DNA of 64,000 bases from Thecamonas trahens ATCC 50062 (Eukaryota > Protista > Apusomonadida), in NCBI RefSeq assembly GCF_000142905.1, contig NW_013657612.1, positions 68,159 through 132,158 on the forward strand. Direction: 5' to 3'. Shown here in pieces: positions 52,142-62,608 of the stretch. Numbering within the stretch: the stretch's first letter is position 1; the number at the start of each line of letters is the position of its first letter. The notes below the pieces were generated by a model that saw only the letters and a list, made by a program, of their open reading frames with translations, made no database searches and was not told the origin of the DNA. Made by a program: the position numbers and the translations under genes.

Positions 52142-54678
52142 TCAACGCGACTGCGGCGACGACGACCGCGATCGCGGGCCGGCGCCGGTCCGTCCGGGCG
52201 GCGAAACGGCGCGGACACGCTTCTGCACGTCCGAGGAGACGTACTTGGAGCGGAGCTGGGAGAACTTGGCCTCCGATGCGGCGCGGTACTCGGCGATGGG
52301 GTTCGAAGCTGAGGCAATGGTCGATGCGCCCGGCGCGGCAAACGCGGGGCGGCCGGTACTCATGGCGAGCGGCGAGATTGAGGCTGACGCTGGCGAGATG
52401 AGCTGCGTCGAGGCTTGTGGTGAGAGCGCGCGCGGTGAGGTCGACGCCGGGCCGCCGACCGGCGAGAGGGACCTGGGCTGGTGCTTGACGACAAAGCCAG
52501 TGCCGACAACCGGGCCTGGTGCGGGCGCCAGCTGCGGCGAGAGCGCCGACGGCGACGACGCCCGCGGCGAGATCCGCGGCGATGTCCGCGCCTTGGCCAT
52601 CGCCGCGTACTTGCGCCGCAGTTCGTCGGCACGCTCGGCCGCGCTCTTGAACGTCGGTGAGGTGACGGCAAAGCTCGAGTACGCCAGCGAGGTCTTGGTG
52701 GCAAACGCCGACGGGATGGTCGACGTCGACGCAAACTTGAGGCTCGGCACCGAGGCGCGAGCGCCGGCACCGGTGGCGGCTTGGGCGGCAGGCGCGGCGT
52801 CGGATTTGGCGTCGGCCTCGGCTTCGACCACAATCGCAGCGTCGAGGAGCATGTCCAGCCCGATGGCGCGCTCAAATGTGTAGACTGGCTCGTAGGCGGC
52901 GTCGTCGATGGTGAGCGCGGCGAGGGCGGCAGCCAGCTCGTTGTCGACCGAGGCGGCAGGCGCAGGCAGCGCGGCAGCAGGCACAGTCAGTGTCGGGACT
53001 GTCGGCAGTCGCCAGTCGACTGGTGACAGACCAAAGCCGACCAGAGCAGCGTTGGCGGCCGAGAAACAGCGCGAGCCAAAGAAACCGCGCGAGGCCGAGA
53101 GCGGCGACGGGTGCGGCGTGGCGATGACTGCATGGCGGGCGGTGTCGACCTTGCGGAGCGCCTTTTGCGCAAATGAGCCCCATGCAAGAAAAACGGCGTG
53201 CGGGAGGCGGGCAGCGACGGCGGCGATAGCGGCATGGGTCAGGGCCTCCCACCCGCGGCCTTTGTGCGAGTTTGCCTTGTGCGCCTCGACGGTGAGGACG
53301 GCATTGAGAAGGAGGACGCCGTTGGCGGCCCACGAGGCCAGGAACCCGTGGTCTGGGCAACAAAGCCGTCAATGTCGTCGGCCAGCTCGCGGTAAATGTT
53401 GGCTAGCGACGGCGGGACATTGATGCCCGGCTTGACCGAGAACGACATGCCGTGCGCCTGCCCGTCGTCGTGGTACGGGTCTTGCCCGAGGATGACGACC
53501 CGAACCGCATGCAGCGGCGTGGCGTAAAAGGCCGAGAAGACCTCCTCGCGCGGCGGAAAGACCTGCTTGCCGGCAGAGACCTCGCTGGCAAGAAAGCTTT
53601 CGAGCTCGCGGATGGTCCCGGACTGCAGGACCTCGCGTAGCGCCTCGGCCCACGACGACTCCATCGGCGGAATGAAGGAGAGGCGGAGCGGCTGGCCAGG
53701 CGGGGGCGGCGAGCCGCTAACCGCACCCGGCGCATCCGAGAGCGACGTCCGGGTCTGGACCGCCGGCGCCCACCAGACCTTGCGGCCCTTGCCGTCCTTG
53801 TAGAACTCGCCCTTGTTGTAGATTTGGAGCCAGGCCTCAAACCGGGCTTTGTCCTCATCGCTGCCGTATTTGTCGAGTGGCGGGATAGAGTCAAGGACCT
53901 CGGCGACTATGGCCCGGAGCTCGCGGCCGAGCACAGCTAGCGCGCCCGTGCCGCTAAGCGCGTCGACCAGCGGGATGTGCGGATCGAGCTGCAGCCGGTA
54001 CATCAGCTCGGCGCGGAGGTAGTTGCCCACGCCGTTAAAGTACTTTTGATCGAGCAGGGCGTCCGCGAGCGGCTTGGCAAACACTGCCGGGCGCTTGGTC
54101 TTGGCTAGTGCTGCCGCCACGTGCGCCTCCCACGCCTCGGCCTCGCCGTACGGACACGGCGAGCGGCCGCTCGACCAGCCATCTTCCACGATGCGGCCCA
54201 TGTTGAGGGTATCGACGTAGTAGACCGACGCGGACTCGCCCAGAATCATGAGCCGGGTTCCCTGTGGAGCGCCAGCCTCGCCACCGCCACCGCCATCATG
54301 CGCACCAAGCCCTGCACCAGCTCGATCAGCTGGACCATGGCGGACGACGAGCCACTTGCCGACCAGCCCATGATTGCAGCGCCAGATAACTGGAGCTTGG
54401 TCCTGGCGAGCAACAGGAGGAGCCAGAGCAAAGCTACCCAGAGCACAGGCCGAGGCATGGCTGCTGCTGCCGGTGGCTGTCGACGCGGCGGTCGCTGGGC
54501 GCAGCTCAAGTCGCAGCTCTTTTCCACGGGCACGGGCTGAGAGCGAAAAGGCGGTGAATGGAAGGTTGGCCGGAGGCACCTTGCCACCGGCTACAGAGAC
54601 CACACGGGTAAACCGTGTTGTTGCCGGGAGGGCAGAGATGTTCCGTGCATACCGCGCGATCTCAGGCAGCTCGGGCAT
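52142..54678 (-). CDS. NEIL1-like (Fpg/Nei) DNA glycosylase/AP-lyase fused to family-1 uracil-DNA glycosylase, plus ~285-aa low-complexity tail; apparent 1-nt deletion near 53356
   Basis: Nei part: MPELPEI, ARGKEL, H2TH LLDQKYFNGVGNYLRAE and zincless-finger-like FEAWLQIY...DGKGRKVWW. UNG follows in frame: VRVVILGQDPYH...QAHGMSFSV...VPPSLANIYREL. After a one-base correction it continues DHGFLASWAANGVLLLNAVLTVEAHKANSH...GWE...VFLAWG...HPSPLSASRGFFGSRCFS..N...PVDW and reads into ORF 52142..52984. Confidence 0.88.
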
Positions 54679-54761
54679 GGTCCTGGTCTGCCTGGAGTGC
54701 GGTGTGTGCGTGCGTGTGTGTTTGTGTGTAAGAGGCGGGCGGAGTGAGGGGAGAGTTGGGT

Positions 54762-57700
54762 TTACATGGTCTCTGTCTCGGAGGGCTCGGCGGGTTCGGG
54801 GGAGGGCTCGGCGGGCTCGCGGGTAGGTTCCGGATCGGCGATGGGGGCGGTGTCCGTGGCGACGCCAACCTTGACCTCAGGCTCGGCGGGCTCGGGGGTA
54901 GGTTCCGGATCGGTGATGGGGGCGGTGTCCGTGGCGACGCTAACCTCGACCTCAGGCTCGGCGGGCTCGGGGGTAGGTTCAGGATCGGCGATGGGGGCGG
55001 TGTCTGTGGCGACGCTAACCTCGCCCTCAGGCTCAGCGTCAACCTCAGGCTCAGGCTCTGGCTCAGGCTCAGCCCCGACCGGCTCGGGGGCGGCGGGAAG
55101 CGGCCGCCGGACGATGGCTGAGCGGTGCTCGACATGGATCCATGTGGCAAAGGTCGGCTCGAGGCGGGCGGTCCGGTCGCCGAGCTGGACAGCGAGGCTG
55201 TGCGAGGCGACGTTGTACGAGCCGGGCGAGGAAAAGGCGACGTGGAGGGCGACGGTGGCTGTGGCCCGCGGCGCGAGATTGATGGCCTTGTTGTGCGCGG
55301 CGCCGAGCCACATCCACGGCACCGTGGTGTGGGCCGGGACGAACCGCGCGCTGGCAGGCGTCGCCAGCGAGAGGTTGGTGATTGTGAGCGTGAGGTCGAC
55401 CAGGGCGAGCGGCGAGGCGCCAAAGTCGTGGTAGACCCGCTGCTCCGGGCCGAGAAGAACGTGCCGGACGATGACGGCCGGGTCGACTGCGCGCGACTCG
55501 TCGACCTCGGCGACGTGCTCGCTCGGCGCCGCACCGCTGGCAGCAGGAGTACCTGGGACCCGCGGCAGCGGGTGCCCAAGCGAGAGCACCGACGCCGGCG
55601 GCAGGATCGCCAGGCCATGGATGGTTGGCGGCGGGTTCGGCGCCGCCACGTTCCACGCCACCAGCGCGTGGACCGAGAGAGGCGCAAAGTGGGTGCTCGC
55701 CACATTGCGCGCATGCGAGAGGAAGCCCATAGCTGCAGGCGAGGCCGAGAGCAGACTGCTGGTGTCCGCGTCCGGCTGCGCCAGCGCCAGTGCCGTGGGC
55801 ACCGGCACCGCGTCGGCCGCGTCGGGCGCGACCGTCACGTGGTAGTGGAGTGTCACCGAGCCGCGCGACGGGACGACCGGCGCCGCCTCGTCGGCGTCGG
55901 CACCGCTTGCGCGGGTGAAGCGCATGCCGGCGGCGACAAAGGTGACGTCGGTGACCACAACCGGCGAGCGGAGCAGGTTGTCGACCGACAGCGCATACAG
56001 CAGCGCGGTGGGTGATGCCGGCGAGTCAAGCACATGCCCGCGGCAGCGGAGCGATGGCACCACGTTGGTAGTAAAGTACAGCCGAGCAAAGCGGTAGAGG
56101 CCAGACTCGGTCGCTTCGTCATTTGCCGGTCCGGTGTAGTAGAACAGGACATGGACGTCGCGCGTCCCGAGATGGCCCGAGAACTTGAGACGGAGCGTGA
56201 GCTCGCGCGACTCACCGGGCGCGAGCTCCAAGCCTGCTCCGCTGCCGTCCCCACCACACCCGTCAAAGTACATCAGCGAGCCGTCAAAGGCGTCGGTGTG
56301 CAAGACGCCCAGCCCCGAGTCCGGCTCAAAGACGGCTGCGCCCGGCACCGAGCACTTTGCGCGCATGTAACTGAGCGGGCGCTGCCCGGTGTTGGTCAAC
56401 CGCAGCGGAATGGTGACAACAGCATGATTGGGGACCGTGGGCGGAGCGACCGGCGCAGTCACACCGTCGGGCGCAGTGACCGCCAGGCACGGCAGCGGCG
56501 GGACGACGTCGAGGGCGAGCCGCGCGTCGGGCGCATAACTGACCGAAGTCCGGTCGGCGACGGTCTTGAACAGGCGCGGGCCGCGGCCAGAGAAGGCGAC
56601 CCGGCCCTCGATGGCCGAGTTGAGCGAGAACCGCAGGCCGGTGAGCGCAAGGTTGCCGACCGAGTTGGGCACCAGGCTCAGCGTGAGCTTGCGTCGCTCG
56701 TTGGCCCCGAGCGTGAGCTCGACCGACGTGGCGGTGTAGGCCTCGGCCGGCGTCGCCGTCAGCCGCAGGCTCGAGAGCACCAGCTGGACCGCCAGCGGAT
56801 TGACCAGCTCGAGCTCGACCGCGATGGTCTCGCCGATGACGTGGATGTTGTCGTGGTGCGGGACGGACCAGGCGTTGTTGCGCGGCGCACCACGGACGGT
56901 GCCGGCGCGGAGGAGCTCGTCCTCAAACGAGCGCCACCACGCGTTAGGCGAGGCAAAGTCGTGCGGGGTGTGAAGAGCGGCAAATGCGTACGCGAGCGCG
57001 GCCGGTGGCGGGCGCGAGTACGGCGAGAGCACCCGGAGCGAGGCCTCGTCGAGCCGCGGCAACGGGAGGTCACGGGCCTCGGGCGCGGCGTCGCCCAGCG
57101 CCGAGTTAGCGCCCTGCACCACTCGGATGTAGTTGTTGAGGTAGGTGGCCTGCACGGTCGGCGACTGGACCGACGAGGCGAGCATGGGGCCCATGGCATC
57201 AACAGAGCCGTCGCGGTCGCCGAGCTTGAACGTCAGCCGGGCCACGTTGTACCGCAGCGTGTCGTGCGAGCGAAGCCAGCCGGCGGCGGCGGCGCTCTCG
57301 ATGCGGAGGAGGGTGGTGTAGAGGCGGAGCGCGTGTGAGGCCTGCCCGGCGTCGGCAAAGCGGTTGGCGGCCATCATGGCGTACATGACAAACTTGCGGA
57401 GCTTGGTGGTGGGAAAGACGGCGAGGAAGCAGTGCGCGACTTGCTCGAGCGAGAGCGCAACAAACAGCGGGTTATTCTGCGACGCCGTCATCTGCATGAC
57501 GCAGTGGGCTGCCGGAATAAAGGCCCGCCGCTCGCGCCAGAGCTTGTAGTGCAAGTAGAGCGCGCGTTTGGCGTTGGCGTAGTACCCGGTCTTGTGGTAG
57601 ATAACAACTGCCGAACCGATCGAGCTGTTGACGTCCTTGTGCGAGGCGTCGTAGAAGAGAGTGGCAAGGCCGAGGGCCTCCTGGGCGCCGGCGTAGTACC

Positions 57701-59005
57701 GCCACGCCGACTCCTTGCGGTACTCGTCGAGCGCGAGCGAGTAGACCGACGCCGCCAGCGGATAGTCTTGCAGGAGAAAGGCGAGGTCGGCGAGGACTCG
57801 GAGCTGCGCGCCCGGCGACTTGTAGTGAAAGATGAACGGCGGGCCTGCGGCGGCGTTGGGCAGCGGGCCGTCCTTCTCGGGCGACTTGGATGACTTGAAC
57901 CACTTGGACCACTTGAAGCCCTTACGCGAGACGGCAACCCGTTCGTGGAGCGCGTGGACCTTGCGTCGCATAAGCGGCACCAGAAAGTTGACCGCAAAGT
58001 TGGTGACAAACTGCGCGAGCGCGTCGATGTCGGCCGGCCCGAGCAGCGCACCGGGTGCAGGTGCGTCGGCCGGAAAAGCAAAGGTCGATGGGCGGCCGGA
58101 TGCCCAAAACCGGGGCGGGAGGGCCGGGCCGGCGTCGCCGCCGGTCGACACTCTCACCAGCGCAAAATTCGACTGCGAGTAGAGCGAGGCCATGCGGGCG
58201 TGAACAGTCGCCGGCGTAGTCTCAGGGTTGCCCGAGCATGGCGCCTCCCACTCTTCTTCGTGCAGAATGAGGCGAAAGGCGGTGAGGTTCGGGTCCATGG
58301 CCCCGTTCTCAAACATGGTCGGCGGGACCGACGACGAGTAGAGGCCGGCGAGCGCCTCGATCGGGGTCGGGTTCCGGGTTGTCGAGACCAGCAGCAACGC
58401 CACCGGATGGTCAAACGACTCGTGCTCCGAGCCACGGAGCGCGTCGGCCAGCGTCTGGTGGTACGCATCGTACCACGGAGTCGGCGAGACGCCTGTCGCG
58501 CCCGCCCGGAACTCGCACCGGCGCCCGACGACCCCGCCGCCGACGACAACGGCGCGCTACCGGCTGTTGCCGACCCGGACGTGCCGGCAGTCATGTATGG
58601 GCTCGGAGGCGGGCGCTGGCGAGCAGAAGCGTAGTAGTTGAGGTACGAGGCGACCGAGTCTGGGGTGGAGAGCTCGGGCGGCGGAGGAACATCGTCGGGC
58701 AGGTCAGGCTTGTGCTTGGAGTCGACGCGAGCAGCAAGAAGGTCAGCAAGGGCTTCTGTGGGAAGGGTCTGCATCCACTCGAGCGGACGAAAGGCAATGC
58801 GGAAGTTGTGCATGTCATACGTCTGGCCATTGAGGTTGCCCGTGGTGACGGGACCGGTCAGCGAGGGCAGGCATGCGCCAAAGGGGGCAAAGAGGTCAGC
58901 AAGAGCCAGCGAGGAGGCAGAGGCCAGTGCTTGGGCGTCAAGGGTGGAGAGGACAAGGACCGTAGGCTGAAAGGTGTTAGTGACCAAGCTGTGGTACGGG
59001 TTCAT
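54762..59005 (-). CDS. TRAPPC8: TRAPP III subunit Trs85/TRAPPC8; apparent 1-nt deletion near 58505
   Basis: N-terminus MNPY...PTVLVLST...LADLFAPFG...HNFRIAF, then TPWYDAY...SEHESFDHPVA and QLRVLADLAFLLQDY...AWRYYAGAQE; C-terminal Ig-like domains (GETIAVELELVNPLAV). Confidence 0.88.
54775..55030. repeat. 75-bp coding tandem repeat (about 3 copies) in the TRAPPC8 C-terminus
   Basis: Unit EPAEPEVEVSVATDTAPI(T/A)DPEPTP, with matching positions at about 54836, 54911 and 54986. Confidence 0.9.
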
Positions 59006-59085
59006 TTCCCCGCTCGCCAGGCCGCAGTGGCTGGGGAGGAGTGTGCTGGGTGGGACGAGGTGGGGGTGGGTGGGTGGGGGGGGGG

Positions 59086-59185
59086 NNNNNNNNNNNNNNN
59101 NNNNNNNNNNNNNNNNNNNNNNNNNNNNNNNNNNNNNNNNNNNNNNNNNNNNNNNNNNNNNNNNNNNNNNNNNNNNNNNNNNNNN
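59086..59185. other. Assembly gap (100 N) followed by (TA)n(TG)n microsatellite to about 59305
   Basis: N run and dinucleotide repeats. Confidence 0.97.
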
Positions 59186-59193
59186 AGTGGTAG

Positions 59194-59257
<64 letters not shown>

Positions 59258-59360
59258 CGTGTGTGTATGTGTGGGTGTATGTGTGTGCTTGTGCGTGTAT
59301 GTGTGGGGGGGTGGCGGCAGTGAGCAGACTCGACTCTGTTGACCAACACCGACACCGACC

Positions 59361-60318
59361 ATGATGAGGGTGGCAGTAGTGGCTCTTGTCGTGGCTGCAG
59401 TGTGCATCAGCAGCTGCCATGGCATGTACTTTGTGCTTGGCAACACTGAAAAGTGCTTCCAGGAGGAGGTACGTGGACGGGGGGGAGGGGGAGGGGGAGG
59501 GGGAGGGGGGGCTCTGGGGGCGGGGAGGGTGTGAGGGGAGGGAGGGGAAGGGGTGTGGAGAGTATTGGCGAGGCAGGAAGCGGCAGTATGAGCAGAGGGT
59601 GTACTCATGGAATGCATGGTATGTGTATGTATGTGTGTATGTATGTGTGTATGTTTATACGTGTGGCTGTGGCTGTGGCTGTGGCTGTGGCTGTGGCTGG
59701 CTGGCGGCGGAGGAGGCGTAGGTGGAGAAGGACACGCTTGTGGTGGGACACTACAATGTGCGCAACCTGGATGATGCGCGGGCAAACTACGATGACGTGG
59801 CCAAGTATGGCCGCCAGCCGCCGCCGGGAGTGACAGGCATGGAGCTCGCCATCACTGTTTCTGTTCGCGATCCCTCGGGTCGCATTCTGTTTGCGCAAAA
59901 GGGCGACGAGTCGCATCGGTTTGCCTTTACCTCGCACGCCGATGGCGTCCACACAATATGCGTCCGCCCCACGACGACCGGCTCGTGGTTCTCAGGTGCC
60001 CGCAAGGTCCTTGTCGACTTTTCGCTTGATGTCGGCGAGATGGCCATGGACTTTAAGGAGATTGCGCGCGCCGAGCACTTTTCCGAGCTCGAGGGCTCGG
60101 TCTACAAGCTCCGTGCCATGATGCGCGACATTGCCGACTCGCAGGCGTATTTTCGCAAGCGCGAGCAGCGGTTCCGTGAGACGACAGCGTCGACCCACTC
60201 GCAGTCGCTCTTCTGGTCTGTTGTCCAGATCCTTGTCATGTTTGCCTCGACCTGCACGCAGATGTACTTTTTCAAGACCTCGTTTGCCTCGTCACGCCGG
60301 TTCTTCCTTGGCTGGTGA
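59361..60318 (+). CDS. p24/TMED (emp24/gp25L) cargo receptor, alpha-like; intron 59469-59721
   Basis: Signal peptide, then GMYFVLGNTEKCFQEE spliced via GTACGT...CGTAG to VEKDTLVVGHY; GOLD motif RFAFTSHADGVHTIC; coiled coil QAYFRKREQRFRETTAST; TM LFWSVVQILVM. Confidence 0.92.
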
Positions 60319-60367
60319 GATGCAATAAAACCGTGCAGCAAACGAGAGCAGGGCAGAGAAGAGTGCA

Positions 60368-62128
60368 TCACGGGCGCCGGCGCCGGAGCTCGCCAGCGTG
60401 CTGCTGCTCCCGGATCTGGCGCGAGAGCACGTCGCGCTGCGGCACCACGGCTTCCAGTGGCTCCTCTGAGCGGTCGGTCTCGGTGGGGACAGGCGAGCCG
60501 AGACCAGCGCCAGCCATGCTGGTCGCTGCCGAGCCGGTCACTGTGTCATCGTCGTCCGACTCGTATTCGTCATCGTCGTCGCCGCCGTCTGGCCGGTGGA
60601 GCTCGTTGACGCCCGCCACCACCTCGGCGGCGGCGTGGAGCCGCGACCGAATCTCGACGTACTCGCTCATGTTCTGCTCCAGCGCAGCAACAAGGACGAG
60701 ATAGTTCTCAAGCGTCGAGATTGGGAGCGACCGCAGCGAGTCCGGCGTCTCGAGCGGCATCTGTGCCCGCCATGTGGAGATGGGGACGTCGGGCGTGGGC
60801 ACTAGCGGCAGCAGCGGCATGTTCTTCTCGCGCTTGCCGGAGCTCGGCCTGGCGGTGCTGCCGGCGGCAGCGGCGGCAGCGCCGGCCGCCCCGCCCATGA
60901 TCGCGGCCGTCGCCGGCGTGATGAGGCTCCGTCGCTGCGCCCGCTTTGTCCGCTTCAGCTCGTTGTACGAGACAGAGAGGTTGGTGACGACGACGCCGAC
61001 AAAGACGTTGGAGAGGACAAACGCACCGAGGATGATAAACGAGGCAAAGTAGAGGGCAGCAGGCACAAACATGCCCTTGTCCTCCAAATCAGAGAACATG
61101 CTCACCCATCCGTCCTGGGTCACAATGATGAAGAGCGAGAACAGCGCCTGATCGAGTGAGCCAAAGTGCTGCGGGGTGGCGTCGCCAAAGACCGTCACGC
61201 CCACAACGGCGAAGATAAAGGCCACAATCATGAGCAGGAGCAAGATGTTGAGCATGTCCGGGAGCGACTGCAGGATGGTCTGCACAATGATCTGCAGGCC
61301 CTGCAGCGCCGAAATCGACCGCAGCGACCGGAACGCCCGCACCACGCGGAGGATCCGGAGCACGCGCCCGGACGAGAGGAACGAGAGCGACGGGCCAAGA
61401 AGCGAGGCCGCGACAATGATGAGGTCAAAGATGTTCCAGCCCTGAAGCCAGAACCGCATGAACCCGTAGTACCACTTGAGCCCGATCTCCACCACAAAGA
61501 TGATGAGAAAGACCGTGTCGAACGCCGAGAGCAAGCCGTCCATCCGTGACTGGATGGCGCGGTCGGTTTGCACGCCAATGAGAATGGAATTGAGGACAAT
61601 GATAAACAGAATGCCGAGCCGGAAGGCCACCGACTCGACGAGCACGCCCACCAGGTCCTGCGAGACATACGAGTCCCAGGCCTCGGACGGATCAACGTCG
61701 ACGACGTCGGCAAAGTTGATCTCGGGCTTACCCCCGTCGTCGCCGACCTGCGCCAGCCCGGGCCCGTCCATCCGCCCGCCACCCGCGCCGCCACGGACGC
61801 TCTCCTCAGCCTTGAGCTCGTCGAGCGTGATGCCTGCGCCAAAGACCCGTCGCGGCTCGCTCGGCGCCGACGGCAGCTCCTCGTCGGCCGCCGCCAGCAC
61901 GCCTGGAATCTCAAACTCGGACGCAGTCAGCTCGACGTCTGTCGGATACGTCTGTCGCCGCCCGCGTTCGCCCATCTTCTCCTTCCCGCCACCGCGCCCG
62001 CCGCCTGCCGCCGCGCTCCCGGCCTCGCCGCGGAAGGTCGGCAAGGCGCCGACCGACTCGGCCATGACCGACCGCGTCAAGCCCAGCCTCGACCCGTTTC
62101 CAGCAGCCTCGCTCCTGCTGCTGCTCAT
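60368..62128 (-). CDS. CATSPER4: CatSper-type single-domain 6TM Ca2+ channel alpha subunit, CatSper4-like
   Basis: GWNIFDLII in S3, S4 RVLRILRVVRAFRSLR, pore VTQDGW (the CatSper4-type filter), S6 NVFVGVVVTNL and C-terminal LENYLVLVAALEQNMSEYVEIR. The N-terminus may have an extra exon. Confidence 0.82.
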   Translation of the reverse strand: MSSSRSEAAGNGSRLGLTRSVMAESVGALPTFRGEAGSAAAGGGRGGGKEKMGERGRRQTYPTDVELTASEFEIPGVLAAADEELPSAPSEPRRVFGAGITLDELKAEESVRGGAGGGRMDGPGLAQVGDDGGKPEINFADVVDVDPSEAWDSYVSQDLVGVLVESVAFRLGILFIIVLNSILIGVQTDRAIQSRMDGLLSAFDTVFLIIFVVEIGLKWYYGFMRFWLQGWNIFDLIIVAASLLGPSLSFLSSGRVLRILRVVRAFRSLRSISALQGLQIIVQTILQSLPDMLNILLLLMIVAFIFAVVGVTVFGDATPQHFGSLDQALFSLFIIVTQDGWVSMFSDLEDKGMFVPAALYFASFIILGAFVLSNVFVGVVVTNLSVSYNELKRTKRAQRRSLITPATAAIMGGAAGAAAAAAGSTARPSSGKREKNMPLLPLVPTPDVPISTWRAQMPLETPDSLRSLPISTLENYLVLVAALEQNMSEYVEIRSRLHAAAEVVAGVNELHRPDGGDDDDEYESDDDDTVTGSAATSMAGAGLGSPVPTETDRSEEPLEAVVPQRDVLSRQIREQQHAGELRRRRP

Positions 62129-62437
62129 ACTCGTTCAGTTCGAGGGGAGGGCGTCAGAGAGCGGTGTGTCTGTTGCTTGCGGGAGGTGGGGTGGGGTGGG
62201 GTGGGTGTCGGGGCTGGGGCTGGGGGGTGGGGGGTGCTATGCCCGGCAGTTCGACCTGGCGTGGCCTTGATAAAGGCAAACTTGGCCTTGATGAGGGTGA
62301 TGCAGGTCTCCTTGCCGAGAGTCAGCCTCCGCAACGCATCCATTGTCGCTCCATGACCACAGCTGGGTACACGATCTCGGCTTCTATCTCTCTCCTAGCA
62401 GCGAGTGCGACACTGCTCTCTCTCCCGCTCCCCCATC

Positions 62438-62568
62438 ATGACCACGTTTCTGGCCGAGGCGAATGCCGGGCGATGGGAAGAGCTTTCCCCAGGACTTGAT
62501 CCACGCATGTACGCTCCCGTCCTCCCCTCCTCTAACCGCGTCAGTCCCGTGTCGATGCTTGTTTGTGC

Positions 62569-62608
<40 letters not shown>

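Noticed and set aside
52142-52984. ORF 52142..52984 as an independent gene
   Set aside because: It has only a GTG start and is in frame, with no stop, with the C-terminal half of UNG.
29846-54678. A DNA-repair gene cluster (TFB5, YaaA, RAD51D, NEIL1-UNG)
   Set aside because: Spread over 25 kb among unrelated genes on both strands; no evidence of co-regulation or conserved synteny from this window alone.
54775-55030. Regularly spaced repeats as a CRISPR array (also the ~66-bp duplication near 42590-42730 and the 13-bp repeat at 15938-15972)
   Set aside because: Head-to-tail repeats without unique spacers, mostly in-frame coding, with no cas genes and a eukaryotic context.
4980-58510. Programmed -1 ribosomal frameshifting or insertional RNA editing as the cause of the split genes
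   Set aside because: No shared slippery heptamer, the missing base differs between sites, and every site falls in a homopolymer; assembly error is the simpler explanation.
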